In this document: positions 16,707-24,858 of the stretch, one piece after another | Layout of the letters: each line of letters starts with the position of its first letter | Numbering within the stretch: position 1 is the first letter of the stretch | NCBI GenBank assembly: GCA_934654805.1 | Contig: CAKUGW010000003.1 | Location: 1 to 57,127 of the forward strand | Direction of reading: 5' to 3' | Length of the DNA stretch: 57,127 nt | From: an uncultured Kiritimatiellota bacterium | GTDB lineage: Bacteria > Verrucomicrobiota > Kiritimatiellia > RFP12 > UBA1067 | Made by a program: the position numbers and the translations under genes | Notes under the pieces: model-generated | The model's input: the letters and a program-made list of their open reading frames with translations, nothing else | Database searches by the model: none | What the model was told of the DNA's origin: nothing

Positions 16707-17741
16707 ATGGCCGCCGTCGCGGGGCTGCTCGGCCTTTTGGGCGAAAAGGCGAACCTCTTTCACCTGCTCGCGTGCTTCCTCCTGGCGGGCATGAGCGTCG
16801 ACTACACGGTGTTCCTGCACAATGGCGGGCGTGCGGCGCTGAAGCCGGCGATCTGCTCGCTCCTCACGAGCCTCGCGGGGTTCGGGGCGCTTTGCTTCGT
16901 CTCGTTCCCGGTCGTGCAGGGCTTCGGCCTCGTTCTCGGCGTCGGGCTCCCGGTCGGGTTCGCCGCCGCGTGCGCGACGCGCCGCCGGGCGCCCCCGGTT
17001 GCGTCGCCGGATTCCGTGGAACTGGCCGCGACGCCGCTAGGCCTGGAGATCCTGTGGGGGCTCTATCGCCTCTTCGGGCTGAGGGCCCTGCATCTCTTCG
17101 CCGCCGCCGTCGGGCTCTGCGCGTGGACGTTCTCGCGGAAAGTCCGCCGTGCGACGACGGTGCGCAAGCTCATCCATTTCACGCGGTCGCTTGCGGACAA
17201 GCTTGTCGTCATGGCCGACGGACGCGACCTGCCGCACGTCGAGACGGACGGCTCGGCGGACGCGGCGGCGTTCGTGGCGGACGTGCGGGCGGGGCGGGGC
17301 GTGTTCGTGCTGTCGTCCCACTGCGGCACGGTGGAGGCGCTTGCGGCGCTCGAGGGCTGCGCGTTCACGTTCCACGCCTGGATGGACTTCGACCGGACGG
17401 GCGTCTTCAACCGGTTCTACCTGCGCCACGCGAACCGGGCGAAGGTCGTGATCCATCCGATCTCGGAAATCGGGATGGCGACGGCCTTTCTCGCGGGCGA
17501 GGCGCTGGATCGCGGCGACTGCCTCGTGATGGCGGGCGACCGGGGGCGCGGCGCCTTCCGCTTCGCGCACGCGCTGGGGCATCCGGCCTACTTCGTCGCC
17601 TGCGTCTGGACGGGACGCGGCTACCGGGCGGTCGTGCGCCGCCTGCCGGACGGGGCGAAGGCGATGGCGGCGGCCTACGACGCGGCGCTGGAGGAGCTTG
17701 TGCGCGCGGTTCCCGACCAATGGTTCGCATGGGGCGCCTGA
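16707..17741 (+). CDS. membrane-anchored LpxL/HtrB-type lysophospholipid acyltransferase fused to the C-terminal TM remnant of the exporter
   Basis: N-terminal TMs (..LLAGMSVDYTVFL..SLAGFGALCFVSFPVV..) resemble an RND/MMPL C-terminus. This is followed by VLSSHCGTVEAL (HxxxxE acyltransferase motif). The start codon is uncertain. Confidence 0.5.
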   Translation: MAAVAGLLGLLGEKANLFHLLACFLLAGMSVDYTVFLHNGGRAALKPAICSLLTSLAGFGALCFVSFPVVQGFGLVLGVGLPVGFAAACATRRRAPPVASPDSVELAATPLGLEILWGLYRLFGLRALHLFAAAVGLCAWTFSRKVRRATTVRKLIHFTRSLADKLVVMADGRDLPHVETDGSADAAAFVADVRAGRGVFVLSSHCGTVEALAALEGCAFTFHAWMDFDRTGVFNRFYLRHANRAKVVIHPISEIGMATAFLAGEALDRGDCLVMAGDRGRGAFRFAHALGHPAYFVACVWTGRGYRAVVRRLPDGAKAMAAAYDAALEELVRAVPDQWFAWGA

Positions 17742-17775
17742 CGGTTTCGCTTTTTGCTGTAAACCTAAAAAAGCA

Positions 17776-17812
17776 GCTGAAGCCGTCCAAATGCGGCTTC
17801 AGCCTTTATTTG
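17776..17812 (+). terminator. rho-independent terminator (A-tract upstream makes it potentially bidirectional)
   Basis: GCTGAAGCCG-tccaaatg-CGGCTTCAGC followed by CTTTATTTG, preceded by AAAAAA at 17767-17772. Confidence 0.8.
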
Positions 17813-17877
17813 CAGGGATTTGAGCGTGGCGATGGCTTCACCATCCAGGTGAAACGCGGCTGCGGCGGGATCTGAGT

Positions 17878-18263
17878 CTCTGCGCGACAGTCGTTCGAAT
17901 CTTGGCCCGTCGGCCCGACAGATCGCCCGACCGGACGTCGCTACGCTCCGTCTATGTCGGCCTACGGCCTCGATCCGGGTCGCTCCGGGAGTCGCACCTG
18001 TCGCCACACGTCCCATTCCCCTCGACAGAATGCGCTTCCGCAAGCGAGAAAGCCGAGGCGACGGGCGATCCCTTCGCTCCTCCCGTGCGACTGTCGGCTC
18101 CGGCGGGCCACGGGCGGCTTGCGCCGCCGCTTCGCGCGACATCTGCGTCTCCAGACGAGGCCGCTTCAAGGGGGACGCACGAGCGAAGCCGCGAGCAAGG
18201 CGGGCGCGGCAAGCGAGCGGACTGCTGCCCGTAGCGAGCCGTTCGTCCACACCAACTGGCGTG
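17878..18263. repeat. GC-rich dispersed repeat element, copy A
   Basis: 18060-18214 and 18214-18263 match the reverse complement of 56973-57127 and 56771-56833 with only scattered mismatches. The left end ctctgcgcgacagtcg recurs at 56727 and 56773. Confidence 0.85.
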
Positions 18264-18295
18264 ACGGCGATAACGCGAGGACCGTGTGCCGCGCC

Positions 18296-19324
18296 TCACG
18301 GCGCAAGGCGCGAGAGGCGGTCTTCGATCGCGGCGATCTCGTCGGGCGAGAAGACGCGCGTCTCCAGCTTCCACTTCCCCGACGTGTCGCCCGGCGTCAC
18401 GTAGTCGCGCGAGACGTAGTTCCTGAAGAGTCCGCGCCTCTTCAGCACGTAGAGGTTGAACCCGCGCAGGTGTCCGCCGGGAATCGTCTCCTTCAGGTTC
18501 ATCATCAGCAGGTACTTCGCGAAAAGGTCGTCCGCGCGCGCCGCGTCCCCGGCCTCCAGCGCCGACCAGATGGACATCAGGAAGTCGGCGTAGGCGGCGC
18601 GTTCCGAGATGACGCCGCGCGTGCCGAAGCGGCGGTGCTGGTCGAGCCAGCCGTAGCTGCCCCATGCGCTGAAGACGGTCTTCACCTCCGGCGCGCGGCA
18701 TTCCGCGCGCATCCGCGCGTTCGCGTCCGCGCCCCCCGTCTCCTCCTTGATCCAGCCGTAGACCGACGGGAACTCGCGCGCGAGCCGGATCAGGAGGTCG
18801 CTCGACGGAATCGGCACCTTGTCCGAACAGTAGGTCTGGACGATGACGGGCCGCCGTGCGATCCCGGCCAGCCGCCGATAGTAGCGTTCGAGGTCGTCCT
18901 GCGAACGCGCGTCGTGCGGCGGACGGCACGCGATCGCGAGCTTCGTCGCCGGATGCGCCGCCGCGAGCCGCTCGACCTCCGTCGCGAGCGCGACCATCTC
19001 ATCCGTGTCGCGTCCCTGACAGCCGAGGATGACGTAGACGTCCGCCTGCTCGAACGCCCGCGCGAGCGCGGCGAAGGAGCGCATCTTCTCCTCGCGCATC
19101 AGCAAGTCGATGGCGTCGTTCGACTGGCACCAGATGAACCCGCCGACGCCCGCGTCCGCGACGAACCGCGCCTCGCGAACGAGCGTCTCCACGTCCAGCG
19201 CACCGTCGTCGTGGTAGGGCGCGGAGAGGATCGGAAGCGGCCCGCGCAGCGCCGCCGCCGCCTCGGCCCGTCCGCCAAGGCCCCAGACGCACAGCGCCAA
19301 AAGAATTCCGCACCCTATTCTCAT
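18296..19324 (-). CDS. DapA/DHDPS-family class I aldolase with an N-terminal signal-like peptide
   Basis: MRIGCGILLALCVWGLGGRAEA.. then a DHDPS-like fold with the GWIKEETG lysine motif. The track start (GTG 19378) lies inside the octamer repeat, so ATG 19324 is preferred. Confidence 0.7.
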   Translation of the reverse strand: MRIGCGILLALCVWGLGGRAEAAAALRGPLPILSAPYHDDGALDVETLVREARFVADAGVGGFIWCQSNDAIDLLMREEKMRSFAALARAFEQADVYVILGCQGRDTDEMVALATEVERLAAAHPATKLAIACRPPHDARSQDDLERYYRRLAGIARRPVIVQTYCSDKVPIPSSDLLIRLAREFPSVYGWIKEETGGADANARMRAECRAPEVKTVFSAWGSYGWLDQHRRFGTRGVISERAAYADFLMSIWSALEAGDAARADDLFAKYLLMMNLKETIPGGHLRGFNLYVLKRRGLFRNYVSRDYVTPGDTSGKWKLETRVFSPDEIAAIEDRLSRLAP

Positions 19325-19334
19325 TTTATGCCCT

Positions 19335-19398
19335 CCACTTCTCCACCCTTCCACTTCTCCACCTTTCCACTTTTCCACTTTTCCACTTCTCCACCCCT
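19335..19398 (-). repeat. eight tandem 8-mers (minus strand RRRRGTGG, e.g. AGAAGTGG) in the SDR/DapA-like intergenic leader
   Basis: Plus strand: ccacttct ccaccctt ccacttct ccaccttt ccactttt ccactttt ccacttct ccacccct. Confidence 0.9.
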
Positions 19399-19402
19399 CT
19401 TC

Positions 19403-20182
19403 TCACACGCTTGCCGCCGGGATGCACAGGTGGCCGCCGTCCACCAGCACGTTCGTGCCCGTCACGAACGACGCGGCGTCGCTGCACAGGTAGAGAATCA
19501 CGTTCACGAGCTCGTCCGGCTGGGCGGCCGCGCCGCGCACGGTCGCCATCGTCGCCATGCCGGGGCGCGTCAGCACCGGGCCAGGCGAGACGCAGACGGC
19601 GCGGACGCCGTGCGGCCCGCCCGCGAGGGCGAGCGACTTGACGAAGTTGAAGAGGCCCGACTTCGCCGCCCCGTACATCGCCCCGATGGCATCCGCCTCA
19701 ATGCCCATCACGCTGCCGATGAGGCAGATGACGCCCCTCTTCGCCGCGACCATGTGCGGCATGCAGGCGCGGGCGAAATAGACCGGCCCTCGCAGGTTCA
19801 CGTCAATGCCCCAGTCGATCGTCTCGACCGGCTGCTCGTAGAACGGGATCCCCTTGGTGCCGCAGACGCGCGCCTCGTTGCCGCCCGCGAATGGAATGAG
19901 CAGGTCGATCGCGCCGAACCGGTCGATGGCCAGCTGCGCCGCGCATTCGGCGTCCGCGAACCTGCGCACGTCGCACGGACAGGCCAGCACCTGTCCTCCG
20001 CACTTCGCAGCCTCTCCACCCCCCAGCCTTTCAGCTTCTTGACGAAGCCGGGCTTCGTCAAGATCGCACATCACGACCTTCGCGCCCGCCGCCGCCAGCC
20101 GCTCGGCCGTCCGCAGCCCCATGCCGCTCGCGGCGCCCGTCAGCACCGCGACCTTGCCCGCAAAACATTCGTCCGCCATCAT
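19403..20182 (-). CDS. short-chain dehydrogenase/reductase
   Basis: VAVLTGAASGMG..YGAAK..VDGGH motifs. ATGA overlap with the upstream MFS gene. Confidence 0.85.
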   Translation of the reverse strand: MMADECFAGKVAVLTGAASGMGLRTAERLAAAGAKVVMCDLDEARLRQEAERLGGGEAAKCGGQVLACPCDVRRFADAECAAQLAIDRFGAIDLLIPFAGGNEARVCGTKGIPFYEQPVETIDWGIDVNLRGPVYFARACMPHMVAAKRGVICLIGSVMGIEADAIGAMYGAAKSGLFNFVKSLALAGGPHGVRAVCVSPGPVLTRPGMATMATVRGAAAQPDELVNVILYLCSDAASFVTGTNVLVDGGHLCIPAASV

Positions 20183-21435
20183 CTCGTTTCGTCCCTTTCG
20201 TACTCGTAGTCCCGTTTCAGGAAAACCGTGCGCGCGACGAGCGTCAGCGCCGCCGCCGCCAGGTAGAAGCCGCCGAGCGTCGCGAACGCCGTCGTCATCG
20301 GGAACGACTGCCGGAGCGCGCCCAGCACGACCGGAGCGCACGCGCCGAGGGCGAAGGCCCCGCTGGCGTAGAGTCCGTAGGCGGACGTGCGGTAGCGCGG
20401 TACGATCACCTCGTAGAACGAGGCGATGAAGTTCGCGTCGTAGAAGCCGTGCACGAAGCCGTAGGCCGCGAGCGCGGCGGCCGTCGCGGCGAGCGAGCCC
20501 GACAGGCGCACGACCAGGCACACGAGCGGTGCGCAGAGGACGAGCCCGACCAGGTTGCAGTCGAGCCGCGCGCCGATCCGCCCCCGCCGCTTTCCGGCGT
20601 CCGAGAGGCGGCTTCCCGCGAGGATGCCGAGGAAGCCGCCGACGTAGAACCAGATCACCGCATGGAACGCCGCCCGCGCCGGCGCGAGGGACAGGCCCTC
20701 CTGCAGGAAGGTCGGCATCCACGTGCGGAAGCCGATGTCGCCGAAGTTGCTGAGGCCGAACGCGAGCGTCATCAGGATGGCGGAGGGCTTCGTCGCCAGC
20801 GCGAGGAACCCCTCCTTCAGGGCGCGGGCGACCTTCGGGCGCGCCGCCGCCGCGACCGCCGGCGGCTCGCGCAGGAAGACGACGAGCACAGCCACCCAGA
20901 GGATGCCGAAGCCGCCGAAGACCCTGAACGCCGACCGCCAGCCGCCCGGCCCCAGCGAGCCGAGGTAGCCCGACGAGACGCTGCAGAGGATGATGCCCGC
21001 GTAGGCCGCGAGCTGGTAGACCGAGAGCGCCGTCGCGCGCGACGCGGCGTGGAGCTGCTGGATCAACGACGTCGATGAGGTCGGCACGAGGCTCTGGCCA
21101 ACGCCGTTCAGGATGCCGTAGGTGAGGATCAGGAGGCCGACCGACGAGGCGAAGGACGCGAGGAAGACGCCGGAGACGAAGAGCGCCGACCCCAGGACGA
21201 TGACCCACTTGCGCCGGAAGAGGTCGGCCGCGAACCCGCCGAGCGGCACGACCGCCGCGTACGCGAAGAAGAAGACGGAGGCGACGGCCCCCATGCGGAG
21301 GTCGTCGACGCCGAAGTCGGCGCGGATCTGCGGCAGCGTCGCCCCGTAGATCTGCCGCGTTCCCTGCAAGAGGAAGTAGGCGACCCACAGAAGCCCGAGC
21401 GCAATCCAGCGGTTATCGACACGTTTGATCGTCAT
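20179..21435 (-). CDS. MFS transporter
   Basis: About 12 predicted TM segments and the GGFAADLFRRKW loop motif. Starts at ATG 21435. Confidence 0.85.
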   Translation of the reverse strand: MTIKRVDNRWIALGLLWVAYFLLQGTRQIYGATLPQIRADFGVDDLRMGAVASVFFFAYAAVVPLGGFAADLFRRKWVIVLGSALFVSGVFLASFASSVGLLILTYGILNGVGQSLVPTSSTSLIQQLHAASRATALSVYQLAAYAGIILCSVSSGYLGSLGPGGWRSAFRVFGGFGILWVAVLVVFLREPPAVAAAARPKVARALKEGFLALATKPSAILMTLAFGLSNFGDIGFRTWMPTFLQEGLSLAPARAAFHAVIWFYVGGFLGILAGSRLSDAGKRRGRIGARLDCNLVGLVLCAPLVCLVVRLSGSLAATAAALAAYGFVHGFYDANFIASFYEVIVPRYRTSAYGLYASGAFALGACAPVVLGALRQSFPMTTAFATLGGFYLAAAALTLVARTVFLKRDYEYERDETR

Positions 21436-21442
21436 GCGGGAA

Positions 21443-21451
21443 AGTATAGCA
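21443..21451 (-). promoter_or_regulatory. extended -10 box TGCTATACT for the MFS operon (leaderless geometry)
   Basis: 7 nt between TATACT and ATG 21435. Confidence 0.6.
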
Positions 21452-21492
21452 AAATCGAAACGACTTGTGAGCCAACACTTTTCCGACTTTTT

Positions 21493-21501
21493 TGCTATAC
21501 T
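21493..21501 (+). promoter_or_regulatory. extended -10 box TGCTATACT for the XylR-like regulator (leaderless geometry)
   Basis: 9 nt between TATACT and ATG 21511. It is the mirror image of the 21443 box. Confidence 0.6.
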
Positions 21502-21510
21502 GTCCGCATC

Positions 21511-22758
21511 ATGTCGAAAATCAAGCGCGTTCTCCTGGCCTTCCGCCTCAACTATTCGTCCAACCGCCAGTTCCTGGCGGGCGTCGCCCGCTACCTGCGC
21601 CATGCGCCCAGCTGGCGCGTCACCGTCGCCGAGAACTTCTACGACTTCGACGCGGCGACGCTGGCGAAAGCCGCGCGCGACGGCTACGACGGCATTCTCA
21701 CCGTGCCGCCGCACGACCCGGAGGCCGCGCGCCTGCTGAGCGCGCAGGCGGCGCCGCTCGCCCTTCTCGGCGCGACAGGCGACGAGCTGCCGGCGCGGCG
21801 GCGGGTCGCGTTCGTCGGCAGCGACGAGCGCGGGCTCGGCGCACGTGCGGCCGAGCACTTCCTGTCGCTCGGCACGTTCCGCGCGTTCGCCTTCGTCCTG
21901 TCCTCGCCGGCGACCGTGTGGGCGCAGCAGCGGTTCGAGGGGTTCCGGGACGCGCTCGCCGCGCACGGCTGCGAACCTGCCCTAATCGACTCGCCGCACG
22001 TGGCGGGTTCGCCCGACGACCTCTCCTATCTGAAGGATGCGCTGGCGGCCATGCCGAAGCCTGTCGCGGTCATGGCCGCCTACGACCAGCGCGGCGCACA
22101 GGTACTCCAGGCGTGCGACGGCTCGGACCTCACGGTCCCCAAACACGTGCAGGTGATCGGCGTGGACGACGACCCGGTCTTCTGCGACTTCTCGCGTCCG
22201 ACGCTGACGAGTCTCTCCACCGGCCAGGTCCGCAAGGGCGAAGTCGCCGCAATGGCGCTTGACCGGCTGATGGACGACCGCGCGTGCGCGGAACGGAAGG
22301 TCATCAAGCTGACGGGCGCCGAGATTGTCGAGCGCGAAAGCACGGCGCCGATCGCGCCGGCCGCGCACCTGATCGAGCGGGCGATGGACTTCGTCGAGCG
22401 GGAGGCGACGCGCGGCGTCCGCGCCCGCGACGTGGTCGCGCACCTCGGCATCTCGCAGGCCCTCGTCAACAAGCGGTTCCGGGAATACGGCTGCCGGACG
22501 CTCTCCGACGCCCTTGCGCGCGCCCGGCTGAAGGCCGTGCGCGTCAAGCTGCGGACGACGAAGATGAAGATCGGCGCGATCACCGCCGCCTGCGGCTTCC
22601 CCAACGCCGACTACGCCAAGCGTCTCTTCCGCAAGACCTACGGCCTCACGATGCGCGACTACCGCCGCGGCCTCGCCGCGCACAACACGCCGGCCAAGGG
22701 GAGCCCGAAGATTGCGTCAACCGTCAATGGGGTGACCCCATTGACGGAAAACTGTTGA
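21511..22758 (+). CDS. XylR-type regulator (periplasmic-binding-protein-like sugar sensor + AraC-family HTH)
   Basis: A LacI/PBP-like N-terminal domain (..VGSDERG..VIGVDDD..) plus C-terminal AraC HTHs (..IGAITAACGFPNADYAKRLFRKTYGLTMRDYR). Confidence 0.8.
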   Translation: MSKIKRVLLAFRLNYSSNRQFLAGVARYLRHAPSWRVTVAENFYDFDAATLAKAARDGYDGILTVPPHDPEAARLLSAQAAPLALLGATGDELPARRRVAFVGSDERGLGARAAEHFLSLGTFRAFAFVLSSPATVWAQQRFEGFRDALAAHGCEPALIDSPHVAGSPDDLSYLKDALAAMPKPVAVMAAYDQRGAQVLQACDGSDLTVPKHVQVIGVDDDPVFCDFSRPTLTSLSTGQVRKGEVAAMALDRLMDDRACAERKVIKLTGAEIVERESTAPIAPAAHLIERAMDFVEREATRGVRARDVVAHLGISQALVNKRFREYGCRTLSDALARARLKAVRVKLRTTKMKIGAITAACGFPNADYAKRLFRKTYGLTMRDYRRGLAAHNTPAKGSPKIASTVNGVTPLTENC

Positions 22759-22816
22759 TAACTTGGGGTCAGATCTCCGCGCTGAGGCTCAGGACACCAA
22801 AGCCTGGCGTTTGCCC

Positions 22817-23230
22817 TCAGCTCCTTTTCTTCTTCGCGTCGCTGCGGACGTCGTCCTCGGTGCCCATCACGCCGTCCTCGCCGGCCGACTTGATGATGAC
22901 CTTCTTGCCCTTCGTCTCCATCTCGTACTTGTTGTCCCACGGGTCGTAGAGCCCCTTGTCGCTTTCGAGGATCGGCTCTTCGCCCTCCGTGAGCTGGTCG
23001 AGCGAGGTCGGCAGCTTCTTGTGCTGGATGTAGTACGTCGTGCACGCCTCGTGCAGCGACTGGACGCCCTGCTCGGCCGCCGTCTGGCGCGCCTTGCCGA
23101 TGTTGCCGATGACGTTCTGCACGGCGATCGTGCCCAGGATGCCGAGGATGGCCACGACGACCAGCAGCTCGACGAGCGTGAAGCCGGCCTTCATCGACTG
23201 GACGACCGCGTTCTCTTCGTTCTTCATCAT
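22817..23230 (-). CDS. type II secretion pseudopilin GspG-like (prepilin N-terminal methylation domain)
   Basis: MKAGFTLVELLVVVAILGILGTIAV..DPWDNKYEME..SAGEDGVMGTEDD motifs. Confidence 0.8.
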   Translation of the reverse strand: MMKNEENAVVQSMKAGFTLVELLVVVAILGILGTIAVQNVIGNIGKARQTAAEQGVQSLHEACTTYYIQHKKLPTSLDQLTEGEEPILESDKGLYDPWDNKYEMETKGKKVIIKSAGEDGVMGTEDDVRSDAKKKRS

Positions 23231-23231
23231 T

Positions 23232-24836
23232 TCACTTGTTCTCCGGTGTGGCGTTGTCGGAGGCGGCAACCGCTGCCGCCTCCGCGTTTTGCCGTTGACA
23301 TTTTTCCGAGGGGGCGAAAAGTCCCCACGCCGTCCAGCCCAGCAGGGCGAGAACGAGCGCGACCAGGAGCGCGTAGAGGGCCGCGTCCGACGTCTTCGCG
23401 CACTTCGTGAAGCCGCGCGCCCGCCTCATCGAGAAGCGGATCGGACGGTTCACCGCCCAGCCCGAGGCGTTCAGGATCGCGCCGAGGTCGCGGCGGCGCA
23501 GCTTGAACCACGTGAGCGCCACGCTCGGCAGCGAGACGACGAGGACGATCGCCAGCACGGACGCGAGCAGCTGCCACGGCCCCATGCCGCGCACGACCGC
23601 CGCGACGGACGCCACCGCCGCGCCCGCCATGCCGACGCCGATGCCGATCGCCGCGACGGAGCTCGCGAGCGCCGCCCCGCCGGCCTCGGCCGACGCCGCG
23701 CCCTTCTGCACCTTCTCGACCGACTTCGCCTGGCGGTCGCCGAGGAACCTCTTCACGGCGGCGGCGAGGCCCGCGCCCAGCTTCCGCCACGGCGCCCAGA
23801 ACGCCTCCGTCAGCGAGACCTGCGACTCGACGACCCGCGTGACGACCGCCTCCCAGTTGCCGCCGTCGCGGTCGTAGAAGACGCCGTTGCGCCCCGCGTA
23901 GAGCCCGCCGACCGTCCCCGCCGTCACGACCGCGCAGACCGTGCGCTCGGCGCCGTCCTGCGGACGCTTCAGCTTCAGGTAGATGACGCAGCAGTCGGAC
24001 TTGCCCGCGAGCGCGGCGTGCGCCGCCTCGCTCTCGACGTGGAAGCAGAGGTCAAGCTCCTTGCCGTCGATCCGCAGCGTGCCCGTCTGGAAGATCGCCG
24101 CCGCCGTCTCGTCGTAGAGGCGGTCCATCGTCACGTAGTTCTGCAGGAACTCGCCGAGGAAGATCCTGTACCGCAGCAGCCGCTCCTCGTCGGCGAGCGC
24201 GGCCTTCGCCTCGGCGTGGGCGACCGGCTCCGCCGCGCGCCAGGCGCGGAACGGCGCGAACGCCGACTTGACGGCCTTCCAGTCCGTCCGCGTCAGCGCG
24301 TCCCTCTCGCCGAGGACGGGGCGGACGCTCTTTTCCGCAAACGCGCGAATCGCCTCCAGGTGCTTCGGGTTGAGGCGGTCCTTCAGCGGCAGAACCCTGT
24401 CCGGCTCCTCCGTCACGAGGGGCAGGTCGTCCGGCGGCGTGAAGAACGCCTCGACGACCGGCTCGACGGCGGCAAGCGCGGCCTCGGCCGCCGGGGTGTC
24501 CGCCCCGCAGACGGCGACCGCCGGCTCTCGCCCCTGCGCCTCCCAGCCGGCGCGCGCGGCCTTCTCGGCTTCGGTCAGCTCCAGCTTCTCGAGGTCGGCC
24601 TGCTTCGCGAGATTCGCGGCGAGGGCCTTCTCGTCGTCCGCGTGGTCGCCGAAGAGGCCGTCGGCCGAGACTCCCTTCGCCTTCAGGAAGCCAAGCGCGG
24701 CAGTCACCTCGTCCGTACGGATGCGCCCGTCGCCGTCCGTGTCTATGAGCGCGAGCGTCCGCGCGTCGAACCGCAGTCCCCTGACGGGACAGGAAATCGC
24801 GTACCAGTCCTTCAGGTCGTTTGGAATCTCAACCAT
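23232..24836 (-). CDS. EF-hand-containing membrane protein of unknown function
   Basis: DTDGDGRIRTDEV Ca-binding loop near the N-terminus and 3-4 C-terminal TM helices. No family recognised. Confidence 0.6.
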   Translation of the reverse strand: MVEIPNDLKDWYAISCPVRGLRFDARTLALIDTDGDGRIRTDEVTAALGFLKAKGVSADGLFGDHADDEKALAANLAKQADLEKLELTEAEKAARAGWEAQGREPAVAVCGADTPAAEAALAAVEPVVEAFFTPPDDLPLVTEEPDRVLPLKDRLNPKHLEAIRAFAEKSVRPVLGERDALTRTDWKAVKSAFAPFRAWRAAEPVAHAEAKAALADEERLLRYRIFLGEFLQNYVTMDRLYDETAAAIFQTGTLRIDGKELDLCFHVESEAAHAALAGKSDCCVIYLKLKRPQDGAERTVCAVVTAGTVGGLYAGRNGVFYDRDGGNWEAVVTRVVESQVSLTEAFWAPWRKLGAGLAAAVKRFLGDRQAKSVEKVQKGAASAEAGGAALASSVAAIGIGVGMAGAAVASVAAVVRGMGPWQLLASVLAIVLVVSLPSVALTWFKLRRRDLGAILNASGWAVNRPIRFSMRRARGFTKCAKTSDAALYALLVALVLALLGWTAWGLFAPSEKCQRQNAEAAAVAASDNATPENK

Positions 24837-24858
24837 TGTTCTGCACCTCCGCCTTTCG

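Noticed and set aside
17885-17905. tRNA/tmRNA-like T-loop (gtcgTTCGAATCttgg) in repeat element A
   Set aside because: The flanks do not form a T stem, an acceptor stem or any cloverleaf. No tmRNA tag reading frame or CCA end could be built.
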